A stretch of 64,000 bases of DNA from a bacterium (GTDB lineage: Bacteria > Pseudomonadota > Alphaproteobacteria > Rs-D84), in contig JAAVBP010000006.1 of the NCBI GenBank assembly GCA_014803525.1, positions 5,430 through 69,429 of the forward strand. The letters are read 5' to 3'. Positions 38,696 to 47,672 of this stretch are shown piece by piece; the stretch's first letter is position 1; each line of letters opens with the position of its first letter. Both the position numbers and the translations under genes were made by a program. Under the pieces are notes generated by a model. It ran no database searches, had not been told where the DNA came from, and was given only the letters and a program-made list of their open reading frames with translations.

Positions 38696-41668
38696 ATGAA
38701 AAAGCTGTTGTTTGCAATATTGTTCACATTCTGTGGCATAACACACTGTGCACACGCCGCTCAAATGATAAATGTTGAATATATCCATTTGCTGATTGAA
38801 CAAAAATGGGGCCTCTCGATTCCATACAATCCAAGTGTCATGAACCCAAAGGTTGCGGCAAATATGGAATACTTGCTAGGGATGGTAGATATCACGAATA
38901 AAAAACTAAACAGTACAGCAACGACAGATTATCTGCACAGTGAATATGCAACAAAATATGCGGCCGACACCGTTGCAGCAATTGATGCGACCGATCGCTT
39001 GGTTAAGATAGAACCAAAGTTCTGGGTCACGACCACCGCCGACACGGCCATCTTTGAATTTACGATGTCGGCCGCCGGTACATTTATGGTTGATTGGGGT
39101 GATGGAACCAAGGATATAATCAAACGCCGGGATACGACGGTCGAAACATACAGCCACACATACAATGTCGCCGGCACATACACCATTGCTATGGGTGGCC
39201 GCGCCATGGAATATAGTACAGAAGTGTATACTGCCCCCATTTCATTTGCTAATAATAAAAATGTTGCGGGGATTTCTGGTCATTTGGGGCATATATTTGG
39301 AACAATTGATGATGGGTCAAAATTTGGCCAGCAACCGGTATTTTCCAGTGTGTTTTTGAACAATACAAATTTAAGTGGCACCATTCCCGAAGAATTATTC
39401 GATGGCGTACATGGCCGAACAGTTCTTGGTATGTTTAACGGCACGTTTAATGGATGCGCAAACCTGACGGGGCACATACCGGGAAAGCTGTTCGCGGGCA
39501 TATCTGGTGCGCCACAGGTAAATATATTTTTTAATACTTTTTATGGCTGCAAAGGACTTGAAGGATCGATCCCCGAAGATTTATTTGCCGGCATCAAAGG
39601 AAAACCACGACTAAGAGCATTTGCGCACACATTCCTAAATTGCAGCGGTTTAACAGGCTCAATACCAGAGCAGTTATTTGCTGGGATTACAGGAACCCCA
39701 GCGGAAACTATGTTTGGTGGCACATTTCAGGGATGCACAGGATTGAGCGGTAACATTCCAGATAATCTGTTTGCCGGGATAAAAGGTGCTCCCGCCGACA
39801 GCATGTTTGGCAATACATTTTATGGATGCAGCGGTCTGACGGGACCGATTCCCGAAAACCTGTTTGCGGATATATCCGGCGCGCCAGCAGAGAGTATGTT
39901 TATCGCCACATTTAATGGGTGCAGTGGGCTAACCGGTTCCATTCCAGAAAAACTATTTGCTGGGATATCCGGCGCCCCGGCAGATTCGATGTTCCAGGAA
40001 ACATTTGACCGTTGCACCGGATTGACAGGTTCTATTCCGGAAAAGTTATTTGCCGGAATATCGGGCGCCCCGGCAGAGAGTATGTTTCATAGCACATTTG
40101 AACGTTGCACCGGATTGACCGGTACCATTCCAGAAAAGTTATTTGCAGGAATATCTGGCAAACCGGCAAATGCTATGTTTTGGGATACATTTAACCGAGA
40201 CGAGAATCTGACCGGGTCAATCCCAGAGAATCTATTTTCAGGGATCGTGGGCGCGCCTGCCGAACACATGTTTGGATTTACATTTTATGGATGCAGTGGC
40301 CTAACCGGTTCAATACCGGCTGGATTGTTTAGTGGGATATCCGGCCATTATATACCAGAGGCATTTCAAAGAACATTTAGCTATACCAGCAGATTAAGTG
40401 GTTGCATACCAGACGCCTTGTTTGCGGGTATTAACGATGCAGATTTGACAGACATTATACAATCCGATGAACCATTTTTTGAATCTGGTGTGACACAATA
40501 TTTATGCTCTGTTTTGGCCCCCAAATTTTTTGTAACAACGACCAGTGACACAAAAACATTTGAATTTAACGTGACGGCCGACGGCATATTTAATATCGAT
40601 TGGGGCGATGGCACATCGGAAGTAAATCAACACATAAACACCGATAAAACCACATATTCACATACATATACAACCCCGGGTGAATATAAAATTGGCATTG
40701 GCGGTCATGCGACAGAATACGCCTCAAACGCCCGCAATTATTCTGTGATATCATTTGCAGAAAATAAAAACGTGGCGGGCATTGATGGGTCGCTTGGCGC
40801 AATATTCTCAACTATTGATGGCGAGACCCCGAACCAGCGCCAACCCAGATTCTATCAAACATTTTACAACTGCACCAACCTGACCAGTGCGATTCCAGAA
40901 AACCTGTTTTCGGGGATATCCGGCGCCCCGGCATCCGGCATGTTTAGCGGCACTTTTGAAAAGACCGGATTAACCGGATCTATACCGGCAGGGCTGTTTG
41001 CAGATATACGCGGCGAACCATCCACGCAGCTCTTTTATCATACTTTTGAGGACTGCAAAGGTTTAACCGGCGAAATCCCTGCGAATTTGTTTGCCGGAAT
41101 ACATGGCGCCCCATCAAACCAGTTGTTTTATGCCGCATTCAGGGGTTGCAGTAATCTTAGCGGCCAAATACCAGAAAGCCTGTTCGCAGGCATCCAAGGC
41201 ACCCCAGCCGAAGGCATGTTTAACAGCACATTTTTTAATTGCAGCAAATTAACAGGCAGCATCCCGGCAAAACTGTTCGCCGGAATATCGGGCGCCCCGA
41301 AAAAAGATATGTTCCGTGATACATTTTTTAGTTGCAGTGGCCTGACCGGCGCAATACCTGAAAAATTATTTGCGGGGATATCAGGTGTGCCGGCAGAATA
41401 TATGTTTCATCGCACATTCCACAGTTGTCGTGGTCTAACATCGATTCCCGCAAACCTGTTCGGTGATATATCTGGCCCAGCCCAATCAAATATGTTTAGC
41501 AGCATGTTTTTTGCTTGCAAGGGGCTGACCGGACCGTCTGCACGGATAAACGGTAAATACCTGTATGAAATATGGCCAGACTCAGCCGACGATCAGGTTG
41601 GCAGCTGTTATACCAACGATACGGAACTGGATGACTATGCCAACATTCCAGAAATCTGGAAACAGTAA
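38696..41668 (+). CDS. Secreted surface protein: 2 x [PKD-like domain + 31-aa leucine-rich repeat array]
   Basis: Signal peptide, GGAGG SD, DWGDGT...SHTY...GxY twice, about 20 repeats of FxxTFxGCxxLTGxIPExLFAGIxGAPAxxM. Confidence 0.85.
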   Translation: MKKLLFAILFTFCGITHCAHAAQMINVEYIHLLIEQKWGLSIPYNPSVMNPKVAANMEYLLGMVDITNKKLNSTATTDYLHSEYATKYAADTVAAIDATDRLVKIEPKFWVTTTADTAIFEFTMSAAGTFMVDWGDGTKDIIKRRDTTVETYSHTYNVAGTYTIAMGGRAMEYSTEVYTAPISFANNKNVAGISGHLGHIFGTIDDGSKFGQQPVFSSVFLNNTNLSGTIPEELFDGVHGRTVLGMFNGTFNGCANLTGHIPGKLFAGISGAPQVNIFFNTFYGCKGLEGSIPEDLFAGIKGKPRLRAFAHTFLNCSGLTGSIPEQLFAGITGTPAETMFGGTFQGCTGLSGNIPDNLFAGIKGAPADSMFGNTFYGCSGLTGPIPENLFADISGAPAESMFIATFNGCSGLTGSIPEKLFAGISGAPADSMFQETFDRCTGLTGSIPEKLFAGISGAPAESMFHSTFERCTGLTGTIPEKLFAGISGKPANAMFWDTFNRDENLTGSIPENLFSGIVGAPAEHMFGFTFYGCSGLTGSIPAGLFSGISGHYIPEAFQRTFSYTSRLSGCIPDALFAGINDADLTDIIQSDEPFFESGVTQYLCSVLAPKFFVTTTSDTKTFEFNVTADGIFNIDWGDGTSEVNQHINTDKTTYSHTYTTPGEYKIGIGGHATEYASNARNYSVISFAENKNVAGIDGSLGAIFSTIDGETPNQRQPRFYQTFYNCTNLTSAIPENLFSGISGAPASGMFSGTFEKTGLTGSIPAGLFADIRGEPSTQLFYHTFEDCKGLTGEIPANLFAGIHGAPSNQLFYAAFRGCSNLSGQIPESLFAGIQGTPAEGMFNSTFFNCSKLTGSIPAKLFAGISGAPKKDMFRDTFFSCSGLTGAIPEKLFAGISGVPAEYMFHRTFHSCRGLTSIPANLFGDISGPAQSNMFSSMFFACKGLTGPSARINGKYLYEIWPDSADDQVGSCYTNDTELDDYANIPEIWKQ

Positions 41669-41671
41669 TAT

Positions 41672-41699
41672 AAAAAATCCCCCATTTGGGGGATTTTTT
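41672..41699. terminator. Bidirectional terminator
   Basis: A6-tccccc-attt-ggggga-T6. Confidence 0.75.
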
Positions 41700-41700
41700 A

Positions 41701-43188
41701 TTAATCAATCAATGATTTTCCTGTCATATCCGTCGGCACCGGCACACCGACCAGCTTTAACACCGTTGGCGCAATATCGGCCAATCCACCATCATGCGCC
41801 GTATGTTCATCATTTGACACAACAATAAAGTTTACCGGGTTTGTAGTATGCGCCGTCCAAGGCAGGTTATTTTCATTATCCCACAGCTTTTCTGCATTAC
41901 CATGGTCGGCCGTAATCAACACCGTACCACCCAATTCAAGCACCGCCGGCACCAAACGCGACAATTGGCCATCCAATGTTTCCATGGCTTTGATGGTGGC
42001 GGATTCACTGCCTGTGTGCCCAACCATATCACCGTTGGCATAATTCAAAATAACAACATCAAATTCCCCCAGTCGCGGCAACAGGGCATCTGTAATCTCT
42101 ATCGCAGACATTTCCGGTTTCATATCAAATGTAGCAACATTTGGGGATGCAATCAAAACCTTGTCCGAATTTGGAAAATCAATATTGCGTTCCGCATCAA
42201 AGAAATACGTAACATGATTGTACTTTTCGGTTTCTGCAATACGCAACTGAGACTTGCCGGCCGCCGACAACACATCCCCCAGTGTATTTAACACCGCCAT
42301 ATCCGGCAGTAACGCAGGACAGTGTTCATTCAACCCCTCGCCATACTGGGAAAAGCACAACATACGCGCCCCCGTTTTCAGCATTGAGCGCACAATTTGA
42401 CGGGCGCGGTCACTGCGGTAATTTCCGAACAAGAAACCATCCCGATCCGTGATTTTCACATCACCATCAATCACAATCGGTTTAATAAATTCATCTGTTT
42501 CACCACGACCATACGCATCCGCCAAGGCCGCATCAATTGTTGGCGCATGAAATTCAGATTCCGCACACGCAATTGCATTGAACGCCAGTTCGGTTCGATC
42601 CATATTCTGGTTACGATCCATTGCATAATAACGCCCCGACAGCGTTCCGAAAAACGCGCGCCCATCCGCCAGATATTGCGACAATGCGTCCTGTATCTTT
42701 TTGATATATTCCGGTGCCGACTGGGGCAGGGTATCACGCCCATCGGCGATAAAGTGAATGCATACGCGCAACCCAGCATTCAATACACGGCGCATAATTA
42801 ACAGCATATCATCCAAATTAGAATGCACACGCCCATCCGACATCATACCGGCAAAATGAACAATGCCACCACGTGCCCGAACATCGGTTATAAATTCACC
42901 AAGGGCTGGATTTTCATCCCAATTTTCCACCTCAAACCGGCGCAAGAACTGGTTCACAACACGGCCGGCCCCCATTGTTATGTGTCCAACCTCTGAATTA
43001 CCCATGGTACCATACGGCAATCCGACGGCCGGCCCACTGGCATCTAGGACCGAATGCGGATATGTTGCCAGTAATTTATCAAAGAACGGCATACGCGCCA
43101 TCGCCACGGCATTATGTACGGTATCCGGGTTTATTCCGACACCATCCATAATGCATAAAACAACAGGTTTTGTCATATTTTCCCCCAT
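41701..43188 (-). CDS. gpmI: 2,3-bisphosphoglycerate-independent phosphoglycerate mutase
   Basis: MGNSEVGH, DGRD, GRYYAMDR, AETEKY, NYANGDMVGH, TADHGNAE. Confidence 0.96.
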   Translation of the reverse strand: MGENMTKPVVLCIMDGVGINPDTVHNAVAMARMPFFDKLLATYPHSVLDASGPAVGLPYGTMGNSEVGHITMGAGRVVNQFLRRFEVENWDENPALGEFITDVRARGGIVHFAGMMSDGRVHSNLDDMLLIMRRVLNAGLRVCIHFIADGRDTLPQSAPEYIKKIQDALSQYLADGRAFFGTLSGRYYAMDRNQNMDRTELAFNAIACAESEFHAPTIDAALADAYGRGETDEFIKPIVIDGDVKITDRDGFLFGNYRSDRARQIVRSMLKTGARMLCFSQYGEGLNEHCPALLPDMAVLNTLGDVLSAAGKSQLRIAETEKYNHVTYFFDAERNIDFPNSDKVLIASPNVATFDMKPEMSAIEITDALLPRLGEFDVVILNYANGDMVGHTGSESATIKAMETLDGQLSRLVPAVLELGGTVLITADHGNAEKLWDNENNLPWTAHTTNPVNFIVVSNDEHTAHDGGLADIAPTVLKLVGVPVPTDMTGKSLID

Positions 43189-43309
43189 ATTTTCATATTA
43201 CCACACCAGATTATCACATCAGTTTTTTCATTGCAAAAGAAAAAGAAAAATTGTATAAATAGGATAAATATCTTATTATTAATCACGTGATAGATTGGAG
43301 AGTTAACAA

Positions 43310-43723
43310 ATGAGTGGCAGAGCCTTTACCCCCACTGCGGTAGATGAACATCTGGGCCAACGATTACAGTTGCGACGCACCATGATGGGATTATCCCAAA
43401 AGGATTTGGCCAAAAAGTGCGGAATAACATTTCAACAGATTCAAAAATACGAAACTGCAGGAAATCGTATATCTGCTGCACGCCTGTTTGAACTTAGCAC
43501 TCTGTTGGAAACACCGGTTTCGTTCTTTTTTACCGGCCTGCCGGGTAATATGCCCGAAGAAACACGCAGCGGTCGCCCCATCCGTGTAGCCGAGCCAACA
43601 TCCACAGATCCATTAGGCAAAAATGAATCTCTGCAACTGATAAATCTGTATTGGAAATTACCAAACGACGAAACCCGCCAGACAGTTATGAAATTATTAA
43701 AAACACTAAACGGCATGCAATAA
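43310..43723 (+). CDS. XRE-family HTH transcriptional regulator
   Basis: VDEHLGQRL...GLSQKDLA...ITFQQIQKYETAGNRISAARL. Confidence 0.92.
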   Translation: MSGRAFTPTAVDEHLGQRLQLRRTMMGLSQKDLAKKCGITFQQIQKYETAGNRISAARLFELSTLLETPVSFFFTGLPGNMPEETRSGRPIRVAEPTSTDPLGKNESLQLINLYWKLPNDETRQTVMKLLKTLNGMQ

Positions 43724-43742
43724 AATCATATTCCCAAAAGAC

Positions 43743-43766
43743 AAATCCCGCAAACGCGGGATTTTT
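43743..43766. terminator. Bidirectional terminator
   Basis: aaatcccgc-aaac-gcgggattt. Confidence 0.7.
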
Positions 43767-43785
43767 ATTACTTTGATCTACTTCA

Positions 43786-46128
43786 TTACTGGGGTATATA
43801 ACATATACCGTTTTCATAATATCCGTCCAGACGCGTACACTGCATCGCGTACCATTCATCCTCAAACACACATTCATCACGAACAGTGTCATACTTTGCC
43901 ATATCAGCCCCATATGCCTCACACTGGACCATTTTACTGTTTACAACACATTTCCCCAGCCCCGTGCGATTTGTGTCCCCCGCAAAGACCGTACTATAGA
44001 ATGTCCCCAACAAATTATCCTTGGTGTAACTGTTATATTTCGCATGATCTGCCGAAAACCAATATCCATATGAGTCTTCACAAACATCCCTCAGCTGGTA
44101 ATCCAGTTCTTCTTTTACATCTGTCATGATTTTTCTTACCGTGGCCACGGTTTCAGCATTTGATTGATAATCCGCACCACAATACTGTGCCGCCCAACCA
44201 TTAATCGTTGTCTGCAAATCCGTTTCCACCATCAGTCGGCACTTCCACGGATACCCCATATCACCAGTCGCAGGCGTACACATATCTTTCAGTTTATTTT
44301 CCAATGCGGTCTGACATCCTTCGGCAACACGTACATTATCAACCGTATCAACAAAACTTAACAACGATTGCAGGCCGCATGTTTTACCAGTGGCCGCGGC
44401 AACTCGACCAGTTCTGGTATCGATCACGCAACCATCCGTATCACCATACAATGCCGCACATGCTGTAACCTTGTCCGCACACATATCACGCGCAGCCGAC
44501 GCCGCCATTGCGCCTGAATATTGCGCCGTTGTATTATCAGAACTTTTCAGTGCACCAGACTGGGTGCTGTAACATTCCGACATCGTGCTAACACACGACA
44601 TTTTGACTTCTTCGATTTTTGCATCTTGGGCTTGGGCAATTTCGATAATGGCATTGCGTTTAAATTCCGTCCACACAATATCAGACAGATCACGACAAGA
44701 ATCCAAAGCGGTCGTCGCAAACATCTTTTTGTCATCCAGGAATTTGCTAAAACTCGGATTTGCACCAACAACATCAGCCGAACCATCCAATATGATTTGT
44801 TCTGTTAATTTAAACAGTCGTGGCGAATAAATCGGTTCACCATTAACATCGATATATACACCACTGTAATCCAAGCATTTTTTATAGTTTGCACCACACG
44901 CAGTTTCCTGGGTTATTGCGGTCTTTACTTTATCTAAACACTCATTCACATCGGCCGAATTATGCGCGCGATATTCATCCAGACGCGCATCACGCAACAT
45001 CTTCTCTGCCTGACGCACAGTGTTGGCGACCGCCTCACGCTGACTGTTTATTTTCTTTTCATACGCATTACAGTCCTGGGTTATCATGATGCCATATGAA
45101 CTGCGTGCCATGGTCAGAACGGCATTATTATCGCACGATTCCTCAACTGCTTTTAAACATGCGGCATTTGCAGAATCAAACAGTTTTTGTCCCTCAAGAC
45201 TGCTTAAATCCTGGGTTGATGTACTAAATATGGAATTACCACCACCAGACCAGATATCATCCATATCGGCCGAAAAATCAACATTGATCAATCCTAACGA
45301 TTCAGACACATTCGATGCCGTTGCCTTTTTCTTGCCCGATAACAAATCACCAATTTCATTCAGCGCCGCCTGTGCCGCCGACGTGTCTTTTTTTATCGCA
45401 GCCTCGCCAACTGTGGCGGTGTACATCGCATTAACCTCTGCCGCGGTCTTATCCACCGCATTCAGATTTGTATCTTCAAACCGCATCAACAGCGTCTTAG
45501 CCTGATCCAAGGCGGCCTCTGTATCGCGAAACTCGGTAAACTTGGCACTGCAGAAACAGCGGCGATATGTATCATTTGCCTTGGCACAAAATTGATCCAT
45601 ACATGTCGCATACGCCTCGCGACAGGTGGCATATCCACCACCAATTTTGGACACATCATCAAACACCGCCGTCGCACGTGCGGTTGCCGCACGTGAAACA
45701 TTTGCCGTGGCCGTGCCGCCACGCGTTGATGATTGTGATGTGGCGGCACGCACAACGTTACTTGATGCCGCACGCCCCACAGATGCTGGTATAACTGTAC
45801 CGGTTGTTGCACGAACGCCGCTACGACCAGATGTTACACTGCGACCGGATACTGCGGCACGCGATATGTTAGACTGTGCACGCGTCGCCTGGGCGGCATT
45901 TGTGCGCCGCGTGGCCGCACGAGAAACAGTATTTTTTGTATCCGACAATTCCGATGTACCCGCACGCTGCGCATCACCGCGCGCAGACGCGGCACCGACA
46001 CCCGACGTACGCGGATTTGGGGCCTGGGCTGCACGCACAACCCCAGCGGCCAACAATGCCATCACAATAAATGAAACCTTTAAAAATCGCCCTGAATGAT
46101 TAACCAAGTCTATTTCTCTCTGATGCAT
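43786..46128 (-). CDS. Large secreted Cys-rich protein with R/A/S/T low-complexity N-terminus
   Basis: Signal-like hydrophobic stretch, repeated xRAA motifs, then a helical Cys-rich body (CREAYATCMDQFC...RRCFCS). Confidence 0.75.
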   Translation of the reverse strand: MHQREIDLVNHSGRFLKVSFIVMALLAAGVVRAAQAPNPRTSGVGAASARGDAQRAGTSELSDTKNTVSRAATRRTNAAQATRAQSNISRAAVSGRSVTSGRSGVRATTGTVIPASVGRAASSNVVRAATSQSSTRGGTATANVSRAATARATAVFDDVSKIGGGYATCREAYATCMDQFCAKANDTYRRCFCSAKFTEFRDTEAALDQAKTLLMRFEDTNLNAVDKTAAEVNAMYTATVGEAAIKKDTSAAQAALNEIGDLLSGKKKATASNVSESLGLINVDFSADMDDIWSGGGNSIFSTSTQDLSSLEGQKLFDSANAACLKAVEESCDNNAVLTMARSSYGIMITQDCNAYEKKINSQREAVANTVRQAEKMLRDARLDEYRAHNSADVNECLDKVKTAITQETACGANYKKCLDYSGVYIDVNGEPIYSPRLFKLTEQIILDGSADVVGANPSFSKFLDDKKMFATTALDSCRDLSDIVWTEFKRNAIIEIAQAQDAKIEEVKMSCVSTMSECYSTQSGALKSSDNTTAQYSGAMAASAARDMCADKVTACAALYGDTDGCVIDTRTGRVAAATGKTCGLQSLLSFVDTVDNVRVAEGCQTALENKLKDMCTPATGDMGYPWKCRLMVETDLQTTINGWAAQYCGADYQSNAETVATVRKIMTDVKEELDYQLRDVCEDSYGYWFSADHAKYNSYTKDNLLGTFYSTVFAGDTNRTGLGKCVVNSKMVQCEAYGADMAKYDTVRDECVFEDEWYAMQCTRLDGYYENGICYIPQ

Positions 46129-46165
46129 TCTACCATATTTTCCGGAACAGAATCAATACCGAATT

Positions 46166-46774
46166 TTATTCAATACAGCAATTAACCTTGTCCTTAACCC
46201 AATCTGTCATCCGACGGACGACCGATTTTGATTTGTTGCCGACATCGACATGAATTTCATCCGTTTTCAGCCGACACGCATCTGCAACGCTTGTATAAAA
46301 ATCCGGCACAGCAACCTGAACACCCGACAAATCAATAATATTCATATTAATTCCCCAGAACAATGAATACAGCTCATACGCCTTGTCCAACATTGCATAT
46401 GCATCGGTCTTGTTTCCCGCCCCCAGCGCCTTGGTACCAACTTCTATCAATCGCATGGACGCCGCTAACAAATGTTTAGACACACACCATACTCCATCAT
46501 TTTCACCCGTTGACTTTTGCACAATACGCCCCATCAATTCTTTGCGCATTTCGCGGACAGCATTAACCATATCATAAAAATCCGTCTTGTTCGTTTTGGC
46601 ACCACTGAAAAAGAAATGTTCTTCTAACGCAATCAGATTCATTAACGCAATCGACAAATCTTGATCCGCCGATAAATCCAGTGCATTTACCTTTTTGGCA
46701 TCATCTGCCGCCGCCACCATCTGTCCCAGTGTTAATTTCTGTTGTGCGGATTTTTTTGTGCTTTTGCGTTGCAT
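46166..46774 (-). CDS. Conserved-looking helical hypothetical protein
   Basis: AGGAG SD. DLSIALMNLIALEEHFFFS...VWCVSKHLLAASMRL...YSLFWG, C-terminal NCCIE. Confidence 0.75.
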   Translation of the reverse strand: MQRKSTKKSAQQKLTLGQMVAAADDAKKVNALDLSADQDLSIALMNLIALEEHFFFSGAKTNKTDFYDMVNAVREMRKELMGRIVQKSTGENDGVWCVSKHLLAASMRLIEVGTKALGAGNKTDAYAMLDKAYELYSLFWGINMNIIDLSGVQVAVPDFYTSVADACRLKTDEIHVDVGNKSKSVVRRMTDWVKDKVNCCIE

Positions 46775-46823
46775 AGCTTTTTCTCCTGTTGATCATCAGC
46801 GTACAAAATACGCATCCACCTGG

Positions 46824-47672
46824 TCAATATGATTTTACAACACCGCGCATATGCGCACTGCGCGCGCGGGGATTTTGCGCCAATTCATCCGCCGTCGGCA
46901 CCCGTGACGCAATTGACGCAAATGGCGCCGATGCAATTTGCGGCATACGCGGATCACCGGGCGTCGTTGTCCATGCACGAAATGTATTCTTTACAATTCT
47001 ATCTTCTAACGAATGAAACGTAACACATATGCATTTACCATGCGCCCGCAACAGGTTTGGCACCGCCCCCAAGGCACGCTCAACTTCGCCCATTTCATCA
47101 TTCACCGCAATACGCAGCGCTTGGAACACCGGCGCAACATCACGCGGATTATAAATCAATTCTTTTAATTCCATTGTGGTTTGCGGGCGTGCATCCTTGA
47201 TTGCATGTGCCAAGACAGTCGCCTTTTTAATATCGCCATAATCACGCAAAATTCGGGCCAATTCCGACACATCCGCGCCCGCAATCAAATCCGCCGCCGA
47301 CATGCCATCCGCCGACATACGCATATCCAGCGGCCCGTTTGCCCGAAATGAAAATCCGCGTTCTGGAATATCAATCTGCATTGACGAAATCCCCAAATCA
47401 AATATGATGGCATCATATTTGCCATCCAATTCTGCCATCGCAGAAAAAGGGCGGGGCACAAATGTAAAACGATCGCCATATTCAGCCGCCAGCGCCTTGG
47501 CGTCCGCCGCCACATTCGGATCGCGATCAAACGCGGTAACATTTGCACCACGTGCCAAAAACGCGCGCGAATATCCACCTGCACCAAATGTCGCATCAAT
47601 AACATTCCGTCCACAAATATCCCCCAATGCAGCCAACACCGTATCCAATAAAACAGGCACATGCTTTGTCAT
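46824..47672 (-). CDS. rsmH: 16S rRNA m4C1402 methyltransferase
   Basis: HVPVLL, DATFGAGGYS, DLGISSMQID, FQALRIAVNDE, NPRARSA. ATGA overlap with the dnaE stop. Confidence 0.95.
   Translation of the reverse strand: MTKHVPVLLDTVLAALGDICGRNVIDATFGAGGYSRAFLARGANVTAFDRDPNVAADAKALAAEYGDRFTFVPRPFSAMAELDGKYDAIIFDLGISSMQIDIPERGFSFRANGPLDMRMSADGMSAADLIAGADVSELARILRDYGDIKKATVLAHAIKDARPQTTMELKELIYNPRDVAPVFQALRIAVNDEMGEVERALGAVPNLLRAHGKCICVTFHSLEDRIVKNTFRAWTTTPGDPRMPQIASAPFASIASRVPTADELAQNPRARSAHMRGVVKSY

Noticed and set aside
38696-41668. Diversity-generating retroelement target
   Set aside because: No reverse transcriptase or template repeat in the window, and variation is not restricted to adenine positions as far as I can see.
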